From an uncultured bacterium (GTDB taxonomy: Bacteria; Zixibacteria; MSB-5A5; GN15; FEB-12), in contig CBDVDR010000003.1 in assembly GCA_965372795.1 (NCBI GenBank), forward strand, positions 64,001-128,000: a stretch of DNA of 64,000 nt. The letters run 5' to 3'. This document shows, piece by piece, positions 47,718 to 58,034 of the stretch (positions are counted from its first letter, which is position 1; every line of letters begins with the position of its first letter). Below the pieces are notes generated by a model. That model was given only the letters and a program-made list of their open reading frames with translations, had not been told where the DNA came from and did no database searches. The position numbers were made by a program, and so were the translations under genes.

Positions 47718-49222
47718 AATGATTCCAAAATCTTATTAGCCTGATTACGAATAAAGGCATAATTCAAATTATTATTACCGTTAAATGAAGCTGCCATCTG
47801 GTAATATTTCATAGAATTATCTTCATCGCCAAGCCCTTTATAAGCTTCAGCTATGCGGAAAAAGTTATATGGGTTTTGTTCGTTAGTTTGAAGTAATTCA
47901 TTGATAGCCTTTTTGTAGTCTTTTTCAGCCAATGCAATCAAACCATATAATAGATGAGCCTGCTTCAATTGAATCGCATTCTCAAAAATAGTTGCCCGTG
48001 ACTTAAATTTAGCAACTCTTGTTTTTGCCCGATCAAGTTTCCCATGAGCAATAAATATTTGGGCGCTGTTGAATAGATGGGTTTGTTTTGAAACATCTTT
48101 AACAGCTTTTGAAAGTGATGAGTTTTGTACTAAATTTAAAGAGATATCAAATCTATCTTGTGCTTTTTGATAAAATCCGAATTCACGAAAAATATTTCCG
48201 ACAAATATTAAATCATTTGCCATTGAAGCAGTATCATTAATGCTCATAGCAATATCAAATTGTCTTTTTAATATTGCCAATGCCTTTTTATATTTTCCTT
48301 CATCAATATAAGCTATTGCAGTTGCGGCTAAGGCTGCTCGACGCTGGCCGTCATCGGTGGAGGCATCAAACATTTCCTGAAGTTCATTATGGGCTGATTC
48401 ATAGTCACCCATAAGAATAAAATTTGTGGCAACCCCGGTATATGATATTACAAAATTATTATTTACTTCAATCGCTTTACGGTAATTTTCAATAGATTCT
48501 TCGAATTTTCCAACTTTCATTAATAACTCAGCATAGGAGTCATAAGGGTTGGGGTCGTCCGGTATCAATGTAATATATTTTTCAAAAGCAAATTCAGCCT
48601 CATCATAATTGCCCAGAAAACGATATGAGTATCCAAGCTGATTATACGGTTGTGAAAATTCGGGATTGATGTTGACGGCGATATTGTATTCGGCAATAGC
48701 TTTATTATAATTCTGTTGACCGAAATAAAAATTTCCTAATAAATTATGAGCCCGTTCATCTTTTGGATACATTTGTATTAGTTTTTGCAAATGTTCCTTT
48801 TGTTTTGCTATATCACGGCTTATAGCTCCGGCTTCAAAGCTAAGAATAATTTGTTGTTCACCCTCAGAAACGTTCTCTAATAAATTAAGAGCCTGATTGA
48901 AGCTTGAGAAGAAACTCTTTATAGAAGGTTGAGCAAAAGCTAAATTAAGATGAGCCAGTGCAAACTCGGGATCTGCTTCCAAAGCTTTTAAAAAATATTC
49001 TTTTGATTCTTGAAATCGCAATTTATCCGCTAAATCTCGGCCAATAATAAAATGTTGTCGAGCAGCTTCTGATGAAGTCGTAATAGGTATTTTAAGTTCA
49101 GGCTGTTGTGAACAACTTATGAGACTTGAAAATATTATCAGCACTAAAAAACTTAATGACCATTTAATTGATAGATTACTTTGCAAAAGAACTCCCTTAT
49201 TACATTTATATTTTATCGACAA
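47714..49222 (-). CDS. TPR repeat lipoprotein
   Basis: LISC lipobox; TTSSEAAR; multiple TPRs (AHNLLG, PYNQLG, NPYDSYAE). True start may lie downstream. Confidence 0.8.
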   Translation of the reverse strand: MSIKYKCNKGVLLQSNLSIKWSLSFLVLIIFSSLISCSQQPELKIPITTSSEAARQHFIIGRDLADKLRFQESKEYFLKALEADPEFALAHLNLAFAQPSIKSFFSSFNQALNLLENVSEGEQQIILSFEAGAISRDIAKQKEHLQKLIQMYPKDERAHNLLGNFYFGQQNYNKAIAEYNIAVNINPEFSQPYNQLGYSYRFLGNYDEAEFAFEKYITLIPDDPNPYDSYAELLMKVGKFEESIENYRKAIEVNNNFVISYTGVATNFILMGDYESAHNELQEMFDASTDDGQRRAALAATAIAYIDEGKYKKALAILKRQFDIAMSINDTASMANDLIFVGNIFREFGFYQKAQDRFDISLNLVQNSSLSKAVKDVSKQTHLFNSAQIFIAHGKLDRAKTRVAKFKSRATIFENAIQLKQAHLLYGLIALAEKDYKKAINELLQTNEQNPYNFFRIAEAYKGLGDEDNSMKYYQMAASFNGNNNLNYAFIRNQANKILESF

Positions 49223-49337
49223 TCAGCTAAATAATATAACTGCTAAACATGAGATCAAGTTTCAAATTATTATTATATAAATAGATGAAATTACACTATT
49301 TAATGATCGGATTAGAAAAAATCTGTAAAAATTGTAA

Positions 49338-50396
49338 TTACATGAATTTTTTAAAGAATTTTAAGATCCCCTGATCCCAGCCAACTCTATGAGTAATACC
49401 GGCTTTTTGAGTCAATAATTCATCTTTGTGTTCGAGATACCACTTATGTGACGTGACTAGGGCATCCTGATTTGAAAAATTTGATTTCCAACCAAGTTTG
49501 TCTTCAATCTTTTGAGTAGAAACATAAGAATCTTTATCAGCCGTTCCATAAACCCATTTATATAAAGGTGATATTTTCATAAATTCAAAAACTGCAAGGG
49601 CTCCCTTTACAAGTGGAGCCGGGGTAGGAAGAACTTTTGAGCCGTTCCCGGCAAAATCACACAATGCTCCGACATCGAGTTTAACTTTGTCGTAATGTTG
49701 AGCGCCAACATTAAAGGTATCATTGGCAACCTCCGGAGGACAGGAAGCCGCCAGTGATATGGCATCAATTAAATCAGTTACTTCCAAAAGCTGATACAAG
49801 TTTTCACCTTTTCCGATAATTGGAATTCGTTTTCCTGAATCTACCCAATCATAAAGGATTTGAAAAACTCCCAAACGAGCAGTTCCAATAAATGTTTTAG
49901 GGCGAATAATAGGAACACACATGCCCAATTCACGATATTCATGACAGATATCTTCACCCTTGATTTTACTTGTGCCGTAATGACCAACACCGATTACCGG
50001 GTCATCTTCAACCAGAGGATGTTTATCCGGAACACCGTATACAGCCGTCGAACTGATAAAAACAACCCGTTCGACATTGCATTTTTTGGCTTGCTCAAGC
50101 GTATTTCGAACGCCGTCAATATTTGTTGTATAAATTTCTTCCTTGGGCCAGAGTGGCAGTGCTGCCGCACAGTGAATGATAATATCAATTTTGTTATCTT
50201 TGATAAGGCGGTACATGCCATCCTCATCACGAACATCCTGATTCACCAGAAGCATATCATCGTTATATTCATTTTCAAAAAATGGTGCAATATCATTTAA
50301 AGCCAGAAAATCAACTCCGAATCGAGGAAGATTTTGTGCCAGATGTAATCCTAAGAAACCGGCTCCACCGGTGATCAATACGCGTTTGCCTTGCAT
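49338..50396 (-). CDS. NAD-dependent epimerase/dehydratase (extended SDR)
   Basis: ITGGAGFLG, SSTAVYG, YGTSK. Confidence 0.9.
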   Translation of the reverse strand: MQGKRVLITGGAGFLGLHLAQNLPRFGVDFLALNDIAPFFENEYNDDMLLVNQDVRDEDGMYRLIKDNKIDIIIHCAAALPLWPKEEIYTTNIDGVRNTLEQAKKCNVERVVFISSTAVYGVPDKHPLVEDDPVIGVGHYGTSKIKGEDICHEYRELGMCVPIIRPKTFIGTARLGVFQILYDWVDSGKRIPIIGKGENLYQLLEVTDLIDAISLAASCPPEVANDTFNVGAQHYDKVKLDVGALCDFAGNGSKVLPTPAPLVKGALAVFEFMKISPLYKWVYGTADKDSYVSTQKIEDKLGWKSNFSNQDALVTSHKWYLEHKDELLTQKAGITHRVGWDQGILKFFKKFM

Positions 50397-50484
50397 TTCT
50401 GAATGCTCCTTATAATAGTATTAGCTCGGAATATACGCGAAAATCGGAAATACACAAGAACTGACTTTTTGGTTATAAAAATAA

Positions 50485-50517
50485 CAAAAAAAAACGGCAG
50501 GAATAAATCCTGCCGTT
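50485..50517 (-). terminator. Intrinsic terminator after the M14 peptidase gene
   Basis: AACGGCAGGA-N-TCCTGCCGTT with an A-tract on + (U-tract on -). Confidence 0.8.
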
Positions 50518-50535
50518 AAAATAATAAAGATTATA

Positions 50536-53373
50536 TTAATATTGATTATAAGGACCCTCAGCCCGACTTCCGAACCCGGGACCATACAAAATTGCATTTA
50601 TAAATAATTTTCGCGATCCAAAGAAATAAGCTCTCATATTTGGATGTTGCGGAAATAATATCAGCTGGCCTTTGCCTTTCGATTCATGGGTTGCATAAGC
50701 GGTTTCAGCCAGTCTTTCGCGGGCTTCGTTCCATAGCAAACCTGAAATTCTTAGATTGTTATAAGTGTCAAGTCTGGCTGAAGTCACAATCGGTTTTTTT
50801 GCCATCAATGCCCGACTGCCATTGAACATAACCGGCACACTTTTACCCATTCCAAAAGTCATCCAATCTTCTTTATCAAGAATCGCATTTAGAATCACTC
50901 CACCCGGTGAGAATTTTCTCTGCCACTCATCAAGGTCTTCAAGTTCTTTCTTGGATAACTTTGGTTTATCCTCTTTCTTTTTATCTGTCTTTTTGACTTT
51001 TTCAGGATACCAAAGAGCCATCGTATCGACCGGAGGAGCTTCTGCATGTTTCACCCGATCAAGGGCTTTGTCGTAGACATCCAGTTTTTCAAGAACATTC
51101 CGTTTTGCTCTGGCTTGTGAAAGTCCGGTCGCTGAATCGGCAGCCCAGAAAGCGGCATTGCCAACACAAATTAAAGTTCCGCCCGAGTTAACCCAATTTT
51201 CGATTTTCTTTTTTGTTTGTCCGCTCAATTGTGAAGAAAGATTTCCCCACGCCGGAGGTAATATAAGAACATTATATTTGTCAATGTCAGTATAGGGCAG
51301 CGATGCGAACCTGATCAGTGAATGTGGAATTTTTAATTCTTTATCAATTGCAAACCAAAGAGCGCCAAAAGAACTAATACCGAGAGGTTCACCGGTTAAC
51401 AAGGCAACCTTAGGTTGCTTTAACATTCTGAAAGTTGGAGCCGATAAAAATGATCCCATCGAAGAACTGCCGGTATTGACTCCAAAAACATCTATGCCTA
51501 TCTCTTCTGCAATATTACTCAATAATTGAGAAGTATGATCAGGGTTGCCTCGCCGTCTTATTACCAATGATCCTGGATTAAAATTGTTTCCATCAATAGT
51601 AAATTCTTTTTCAGAGGCGTAGATCAATAGATTTTCACTAAATAGCCGATTCAGGAACAGATATGTTTTTTCGCCAACCATATTAACAACCCAGGCAAAA
51701 CTGGCCTTGGCGTTGAACATCTTTCCGGACCTTGTTGAAACTTCATCAATATTTTTCGATGAAACAGAAATTTTAGAAGTTGTCCAATAGGCTTCAATAT
51801 CATAGGCAAGTGGTACATTCCAGGTTGATACTTCATACATTTTAGTTTCATCATATTTTTCAAGTTCCCGCCGTTCCTCTTTCAAATATTCTAAATTAAG
51901 ATGCGGGTCAAATTCAAGCACAGCCTTGGCTAACGCCCCTGTTGGCTGGGCGGTCGATACAATATAAGTTCCCATTGGGAACTCTTTAGAAGATGCTGTT
52001 TTTCCGTATGAGTCGGTAGAGCTACTGACTGTAAAAGACTTCTCAGCTTGCAAAACCGCGATACCCTGATTGATTAACGATTCGATAAACTTTTTAGTCT
52101 TAAGTTCATCCTCATCCGGAATAAATAGAAATTTTAACCCTGAACGAGTTCCTTCATCAACGATTTTCTTTCGGGTTTGATAATAGTCCTCAAGTAATTC
52201 AGGACGATTATTGGCGAGTGAAAATAGATTTGTTAACGATGAGGTGAACTGATGGTTAACAGCTTCATGATAAGTTAAAAGATACCCATTAGGCTGTTTG
52301 ACAAACATCCCGTCAACCCCAGCCTGCTCATAGAGAATTCCAATTGAACCAAAATAGGTTGCCCAGGCTGATCCATAACCGGGATACCATTGTTCATGCC
52401 ATTCGCCCACGTAGTAGGGCCAACCGCGTTCATCAAAGGCAGTCGCTTGATCTTTACTGAAAACCTGCCACCATTTTCTTACATTACTTGGAGTATTATA
52501 GTTTACCGGTTCACGCGGTGGAGTGAAAAGATAATTATCACCCGTTCCCATTTCATGGGCATCAACAACCAGTTGAGGATTCCATCTTAAAATAGTTTGA
52601 AGTTTCCCTTTTGTTTCCGGCTGAGTCAGTAAAATCCAATCACGGTTTAAATCAAAAAGGTAATGATTGCCACGACCCCAGGGCCAGACACCCTGATGCT
52701 GCATGGCATGACGGTCATAGTTTGGCACCGAACTTTGATAAGTCTGAAGCATGGAGAGATATCTTTCACGACCATCAGGGTTTTGAATCGGGTCAATCAC
52801 CATTACAACATTATCCAAAAGGTGCAAGGTTACAGAATCCTGTGCGGCAGCAAGATGGTAGATCAATTGCATCGCCGCATCAACACCGGAAATTTCATCG
52901 CCGTGAATGCTATACCCCAGCCAGGCTGAAGCGGGAAGTGAGGCAGCGATTTCATTTACTTGTTTAATATTTGAGATTTGATCGGGGTTTCCCAGTTTGT
53001 TTAGTTGTAATCTAATCTCTTCGAGATTGCCAATATTATTTTCCGATGAGATTATAACATTAAAAAGATCGCGTTCCTCATGTGATTGTCCGTGAGTTTC
53101 GATGATAACTCGATCAGATGTATTGGCAATCATAATAATATATGAAACTATCTCATGATATCTTGAGGGCCATTGTCCGATTTTATTTTTAAAATGTTCA
53201 TTCGGAGCAGGAATAGCCAAGTCATAAACCGCACCGGGATAAAATGGCATTGTATCAATTACTACTTGCTTTGAATATGAAGGATGAGGAGCGGCTGTAA
53301 TGTTTCCACTAATAATAAGCAGAATCAATACTAAAAATACTGAGGTAAATGTAATTTGGCGTAGTTTTGTCAT
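50536..53373 (-). CDS. Secreted M14 zinc carboxypeptidase family protein
   Basis: Signal peptide; IHGDE, NPDGRER, DLNRDW, DAHEMG. Confidence 0.9.
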   Translation of the reverse strand: MTKLRQITFTSVFLVLILLIISGNITAAPHPSYSKQVVIDTMPFYPGAVYDLAIPAPNEHFKNKIGQWPSRYHEIVSYIIMIANTSDRVIIETHGQSHEERDLFNVIISSENNIGNLEEIRLQLNKLGNPDQISNIKQVNEIAASLPASAWLGYSIHGDEISGVDAAMQLIYHLAAAQDSVTLHLLDNVVMVIDPIQNPDGRERYLSMLQTYQSSVPNYDRHAMQHQGVWPWGRGNHYLFDLNRDWILLTQPETKGKLQTILRWNPQLVVDAHEMGTGDNYLFTPPREPVNYNTPSNVRKWWQVFSKDQATAFDERGWPYYVGEWHEQWYPGYGSAWATYFGSIGILYEQAGVDGMFVKQPNGYLLTYHEAVNHQFTSSLTNLFSLANNRPELLEDYYQTRKKIVDEGTRSGLKFLFIPDEDELKTKKFIESLINQGIAVLQAEKSFTVSSSTDSYGKTASSKEFPMGTYIVSTAQPTGALAKAVLEFDPHLNLEYLKEERRELEKYDETKMYEVSTWNVPLAYDIEAYWTTSKISVSSKNIDEVSTRSGKMFNAKASFAWVVNMVGEKTYLFLNRLFSENLLIYASEKEFTIDGNNFNPGSLVIRRRGNPDHTSQLLSNIAEEIGIDVFGVNTGSSSMGSFLSAPTFRMLKQPKVALLTGEPLGISSFGALWFAIDKELKIPHSLIRFASLPYTDIDKYNVLILPPAWGNLSSQLSGQTKKKIENWVNSGGTLICVGNAAFWAADSATGLSQARAKRNVLEKLDVYDKALDRVKHAEAPPVDTMALWYPEKVKKTDKKKEDKPKLSKKELEDLDEWQRKFSPGGVILNAILDKEDWMTFGMGKSVPVMFNGSRALMAKKPIVTSARLDTYNNLRISGLLWNEARERLAETAYATHESKGKGQLILFPQHPNMRAYFFGSRKLFINAILYGPGFGSRAEGPYNQY

Positions 53374-53467
53374 AGGTCGCTCCTTTGAATTATGATTATT
53401 TATTATAATAAAATGTGAAGTTAGTTCAGAGTAAAGCGATATTTGAATGGAAAATTAAAATGTGAAA

Positions 53468-54559
53468 TTATTTTTCTGATGTCTCCGGTGCGACAGGCAG
53501 TTCTTCATCTTCCGGGTGAAGTTTGAATTCGAAAATACGAAGCAAAGTGATAAAAAATGCGGCTATCATTGGACCGATTACGATTCCAAGAAGACCAAAA
53601 ATATAGATACCGCCTAAAATTGCAAAAAACAAAATCAGCGGATGGATTTGAGTTCGACCTGAAATTAAATATGGTCTCACGACATTATCGGTTTGACTGA
53701 TTACCAGAGTACCAATGGCAATGACCACAATTCCGGAAATGTATGATCCCCCAAGAATCAAAATCATTCCAGCCGGAACATAAATTATAAAGGCACCTAC
53801 AAATGGTATGATAGCCAGGAATGCCATAATCGCACCCCAGAAAATTGCAGATGGGATTCCTACGGCAAAAAACAGTAAACCGCCAAGCACACCTTGTAGG
53901 AGTGCAATTGCAATACCGCCATACATCGTTGCCTGTATGACTTCGCGAAGCTGTTCAAAACTTCGGTCGATTTGATCCTGAGTAAGAGGCATCAACCGCT
54001 TTATTTTGTTAATTAGTTCTTCTCCATCTTTGAAAAAATAATACATGGAAAAGATCATGAGGAAGAAATAGAACACCGCTTTGGTGCCATTGGCAATTAA
54101 CCAGCTTGTCTGACTTAGGATTGCGCTGCTGATATTGTCGATAGAATCCTTGATTATTTCCTTAGTGTCTATTTGTGATATATCATAATAAGCTGAAAGT
54201 TTTTCTTTGACTGAATTTACAATCGGAATATCAAAGGCAAGGATGTCATCTAACTCACCTTCCTGATACATGGTGTTAACTTTTGTCACCGCATCAGCAG
54301 CTTCCTGCACCAAAGCAGAAAAAAGATACCCTAAGGGTCCAATGATTAGAACGATGATTAAAAAACAGAGAATGATCGAGGCTAATCTTTTTGATTTTAT
54401 TTTTTTACAAAGCCTTTCATACAATGGGAAGAAAACGATCACCAACACCGATGCCCATGCGATGGGAACAAAAAATGGAACAATGATACGATAGAAAAGA
54501 TAGAATACGACCGCGGCAATTAGAAAAAATAAAGTTATTAATAAATATTCTCGTTTCAT
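53468..54559 (-). CDS. AI-2E family transporter
   Basis: IPFVGA, DNVVRPYLI, HPLILFFAILGG..FG..G..IGP. Confidence 0.9.
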   Translation of the reverse strand: MKREYLLITLFFLIAAVVFYLFYRIIVPFFVPIAWASVLVIVFFPLYERLCKKIKSKRLASIILCFLIIVLIIGPLGYLFSALVQEAADAVTKVNTMYQEGELDDILAFDIPIVNSVKEKLSAYYDISQIDTKEIIKDSIDNISSAILSQTSWLIANGTKAVFYFFLMIFSMYYFFKDGEELINKIKRLMPLTQDQIDRSFEQLREVIQATMYGGIAIALLQGVLGGLLFFAVGIPSAIFWGAIMAFLAIIPFVGAFIIYVPAGMILILGGSYISGIVVIAIGTLVISQTDNVVRPYLISGRTQIHPLILFFAILGGIYIFGLLGIVIGPMIAAFFITLLRIFEFKLHPEDEELPVAPETSEK

Positions 54560-54980
54560 AATTATAATTTTCGGAAAAAGTCTTCAGTTATCTACTAAAA
54601 TCATTCAAAAAATATTGTACAGAAATATTCAATTTTTAAATTTTCAGGGCAAGTACCAAATTTATAGACCCGTATACCCGATATTAAAAGATAAAAATAT
54701 CCCCGTAAAGTCTAATACAACAACAATATAACAATTATATGAGAGGGGTATATTTTCTAAGATTATTCCAGAAATATACATAATCTCCAAAAACTGTCAT
54801 TTTTTGTGTAAAAAACGAATGTGTAATAAATGATACATTTACATTATTTATTAAAAAAGTTAATCAGTTGGTATTAAGGATGTTAAGAACGGGTCGATAA
54901 TTTTATTAAGTTTAAATTAAAGGACAAAACTTGTTAAAGAGTTTTAGTCCAAGTTTCAATGACTCAAACAAGGAGTTCTT

Positions 54981-55403
54981 ATGCCAGTAAGAAAAACACG
55001 TTCCACTAAACGTACTGCTACTACACGTCGCAAAGCCGTCACAAGTCGCAGTGCTTCAACTCGTCGCGTCCACAAAGTAAATCGTCCGTGGACAAGAGAA
55101 GAAGTTTCATTCATGCGTAAATATTATCGCAAATTTGAAACTGCATGGTGTGCCCGTCAGATGGGTCGTACAGTTTATTCAGTACGTTACAAAGCCGTCG
55201 ATTTGGGTATTAAAAAAGCCAGCCCTTCCGTATGGAAAGGTAATCGTGGAACTGCCGGTTCTTTTAAAGCTTGCTGTAAAGGTCGCGTTGCTACTACTCG
55301 TAAAGCTACAACTCGTCGTTCAACAACTAAACGCACTTACCGTGCAACTTCAAAACGTCGCACTACTCGTAAAGCTGCCCCACGCAGAACTAACAGACGC
55401 TAA
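54981..55403 (+). CDS. Highly basic histone H1/protamine-like protein with central Myb/SANT-like HTH
   Basis: 29 R + 16 K versus 4 D/E in 140 aa; core PWTREEVSFMRKYY...ARQMGRTVYSVRYKAVDLGI; AAGGAG RBS; strong CGT/ACT codon bias; own terminator. Confidence 0.8.
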   Translation: MPVRKTRSTKRTATTRRKAVTSRSASTRRVHKVNRPWTREEVSFMRKYYRKFETAWCARQMGRTVYSVRYKAVDLGIKKASPSVWKGNRGTAGSFKACCKGRVATTRKATTRRSTTKRTYRATSKRRTTRKAAPRRTNRR

Positions 55404-55427
55404 ACAAATATATTTATATATTGTTTT

Positions 55428-55457
55428 AAGACCTGCCATTTGGCAGGTCTTTTTTTT
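55428..55457 (+). terminator. Intrinsic terminator
   Basis: AAGACCTGCCA-TT-TGGCAGGTCTT followed by a T-run. Confidence 0.85.
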
Positions 55458-55507
55458 GTGCTTTTTTCTGTGCTGGTTTCGTATACTTAGAAAAAATTGG
55501 AGGAGAT

Positions 55508-55855
55508 ATGCCGGTTATTAAATATAACGAAATTGACCGAACCGATGTAAATATCGAAGGGGTAAAAAGTATTACCAAAGCTCGGGTGATAACCGATGAG
55601 CACGGATGGGATGGACATTGTCTGCGGGTTTTTGTGATTGGTAAAGACGGGTTCACACCCGAACATTCGCATGACTGGGAACATGTGATTCATGTTATCA
55701 AAGGAAACGGCGAGGTTACAATTGACGGGACCAAACATGATTTGAGTGAACGGGATTTTGTTTATGTCCCGCCAAATTCGATTCATCAGTTCAAAAACCG
55801 AAATGATATGGATTTTGAATTTATTTGTATAGTCCCAAAAAAGGGTGATAATTAG
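55508..55855 (+). CDS. Cupin domain protein
   Basis: TPEHSHDWEH, YVPPNSIHQFKN. Confidence 0.9.
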   Translation: MPVIKYNEIDRTDVNIEGVKSITKARVITDEHGWDGHCLRVFVIGKDGFTPEHSHDWEHVIHVIKGNGEVTIDGTKHDLSERDFVYVPPNSIHQFKNRNDMDFEFICIVPKKGDN

Positions 55856-56060
55856 TCCCTGTAGGGTATTTATATATTACTTTGAGAATTATCATTGTAA
55901 ATTATTTCGCAGGACGGGTATCTCTTTTCATGGAGCCCTGACCAATACAGATAACAATATCAAGGTGAAAGTGCTTGCCATTCAGAAGTGGATTTTATAT
56001 ATATAATCTCAATATTTTAAAGATATACTTTGTGAAATAATCAAAGTACCGATGTTATAT

Positions 56061-56133
<73 letters not shown>

Positions 56134-56239
56134 TATTTTTATTCTGTTCAAACGAGTTAACCCAATCTGATTATATTTAACAGTAAAATATTTATTCAAT
56201 AGAATGATGATTTAACTAAATGTTCTTATAGGGGAAGTT

Positions 56240-56410
56240 ATGAAAACTAGATTTAATTTGATAATTAAATTTACTTGGTATATGATATTTGGTTCAATAT
56301 TGCTTAATTTTCATTCAATCACTTTAGCAAACAGTGTGGATTTGAACTCTCAAACATCAAATGATTATAGTAGCCATTTCAGAAACTATTCATATTCAAA
56401 AAGAAATTGA
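56240..56410 (+). pseudogene. Short ORF (56 aa) with signal-peptide-like N-terminus, probable truncated gene
   Basis: AGGGGAAG RBS; MKTRFNLIIKFTWYMIFGSILLNFHSITLA, then an early stop. Confidence 0.3.
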
Positions 56411-56501
56411 TGACGTAATTGACGAATATGGAGGGTTGCCTGATGCTTTTAGGTAAAAAGAAAATTTATTATATTGAAATAAATTAACACAAGGTGTCAA
56501 A

Positions 56502-57398
56502 TTGGAAAAGAATGAAGTAGATTTTTGTATTGAAATAAATTTTAGCAAGAATTCAGAGCAACCAAGCAGAGTTTTTCAAACAATGTCGAATCTAATAGAA
56601 TCTTTCGAAAAAATTGATGAAAATCTAATAGGTTCCATACATTCAGATTTAAAAACAGTTTTGATATTAGAGGATATTGAAAGTGGTTCTATTAGGGCAT
56701 GGTTAAGAAATAAAATCGAGAATTTAGATGATGAGATGTTAAAAAGCGGTGATTATAAGAAAATAGTTGGACATTATCTTGTAAAATCGAAGTATTACGT
56801 CATTGATTTTCTTCATGGCAAAACTAAAATATCAAGCAAAGAAGAAATAGACGAACTTCAAAATAATTTACTTCAACTAGCACAAGATACAGATATGTTA
56901 TATTTACCAAGTTATGCACCCATGAGTACTACACAATTACTTAAAAGTATTGATAATATAACAACTTCATTATCTCCTTTGTCTTCTGATGATATTGTTA
57001 CTTATTTAACAAATGACGAGAAAATAAATTTTAATCCAGAATTCAACTATATTCCTGAAGAAATTGAAGAATTGATCACCAAAGAATTAGTAACTAACGA
57101 AATTACAATTATTCTTAAAGTTAAAAAACCAGATTATCTAGGTGAGTCTCAGTGGGAATTTAAACATGGAAATAGTCCCATTAATGCTAAAATCACTGAT
57201 GTTGAGTGGTTACGCAACTTTCAACAAAGGGAAATAGATGTAAGGCCACAGGATTCAATTAAAGCTAAAGTAAAACAAATTATATGTTATGATTATGATC
57301 ATAATCCCATATCAACAAAACATGAAATAGTAAAAATCTTCCAAATAATCCGTGCAGAAAATAATGAACAGGGAGATATTTTCGAAGGCAATGATTAA
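56502..57398 (+). CDS. Hypothetical protein (cargo of tRNA-Lys unit 1)
   Basis: 298 aa ORF with LEDIESGSIRAW and LKVKKPDYLGESQWEF; no recognised domain. Confidence 0.75.
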   Translation: MEKNEVDFCIEINFSKNSEQPSRVFQTMSNLIESFEKIDENLIGSIHSDLKTVLILEDIESGSIRAWLRNKIENLDDEMLKSGDYKKIVGHYLVKSKYYVIDFLHGKTKISSKEEIDELQNNLLQLAQDTDMLYLPSYAPMSTTQLLKSIDNITTSLSPLSSDDIVTYLTNDEKINFNPEFNYIPEEIEELITKELVTNEITIILKVKKPDYLGESQWEFKHGNSPINAKITDVEWLRNFQQREIDVRPQDSIKAKVKQIICYDYDHNPISTKHEIVKIFQIIRAENNEQGDIFEGND

Positions 57399-57682
57399 CT
57401 TCAATATTATTGTTTTTGTTTTGATCATTTAGATCTTTGATGCAGGATAATTAGTAATATTATCCACACTCAACATTTAACTAGTAATAATTATATCAAT
57501 TAAGAAGAAAACAGCAACTTACTATTTTCTCCGTGCCATTTTCTTGAGACCACCGGATATTTAATTAAATATTAGTAATAAAGGAGAAGAAATGGCACAA
57601 TTATCTTTTTCCAGTCTTATAAATCAGATAGCGGATGATGGTCACGATACTGAATGTATTGAAAAGTTTCAGTTCGTGCTCT

Positions 57683-57762
57683 TAACCACCGGATCCATTA
57701 AACCAGGCTTTGCCTGTTCGATCCCTGGATGGCGTATATTTTTATTCTGTTCAAACGAGTTA
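57683..57762 (+). repeat. att-like repeat: ~33 bp element end + tRNA-Lys 3' end + downstream flank
   Basis: 57716-57762 is identical to 56113-56159 (47 bp). The upstream part matches 60202-60234. Confidence 0.9.
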
Positions 57763-58034
57763 TCGCAGACTGATTTTATTTAACAGTAAAAGATTTATAC
57801 AAACGACCAAGGATAGCTGTGGTTGTTTATTTGATGGAATTTAATTTAATCGTAGGGTAGAGTAGTATTGGAAGAGTTTTTGTCGATTGACAATAATGGT
57901 ATTATTGGTATATATACAGTGGATGGAGTAAGAGCACGCCCTATATGTACAACTTATTTTGTAACTTATCAATTGACAAACACTTACAATCTCATATATT
58001 GTAAGTGTAAAATACATTTATCATTAAGTCCATT

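Noticed and set aside
55135..55786. Alternative-frame and antisense ORFs (128, 76 and 99 aa), and similar short shadow ORFs across the window
   Set aside because: They overlap well-supported genes and lack RBS or motifs.
55905..55975. Possible structured ncRNA or riboswitch upstream of tRNA-Lys
   Set aside because: A slightly GC-richer patch, but I could not match it to any family or fold it convincingly; an Rfam scan would settle it.
57592..57783. 63 aa ORF with a good RBS as an intact gene
   Set aside because: Its 3' half reads through the att-like repeat, so it is at best a truncated remnant.
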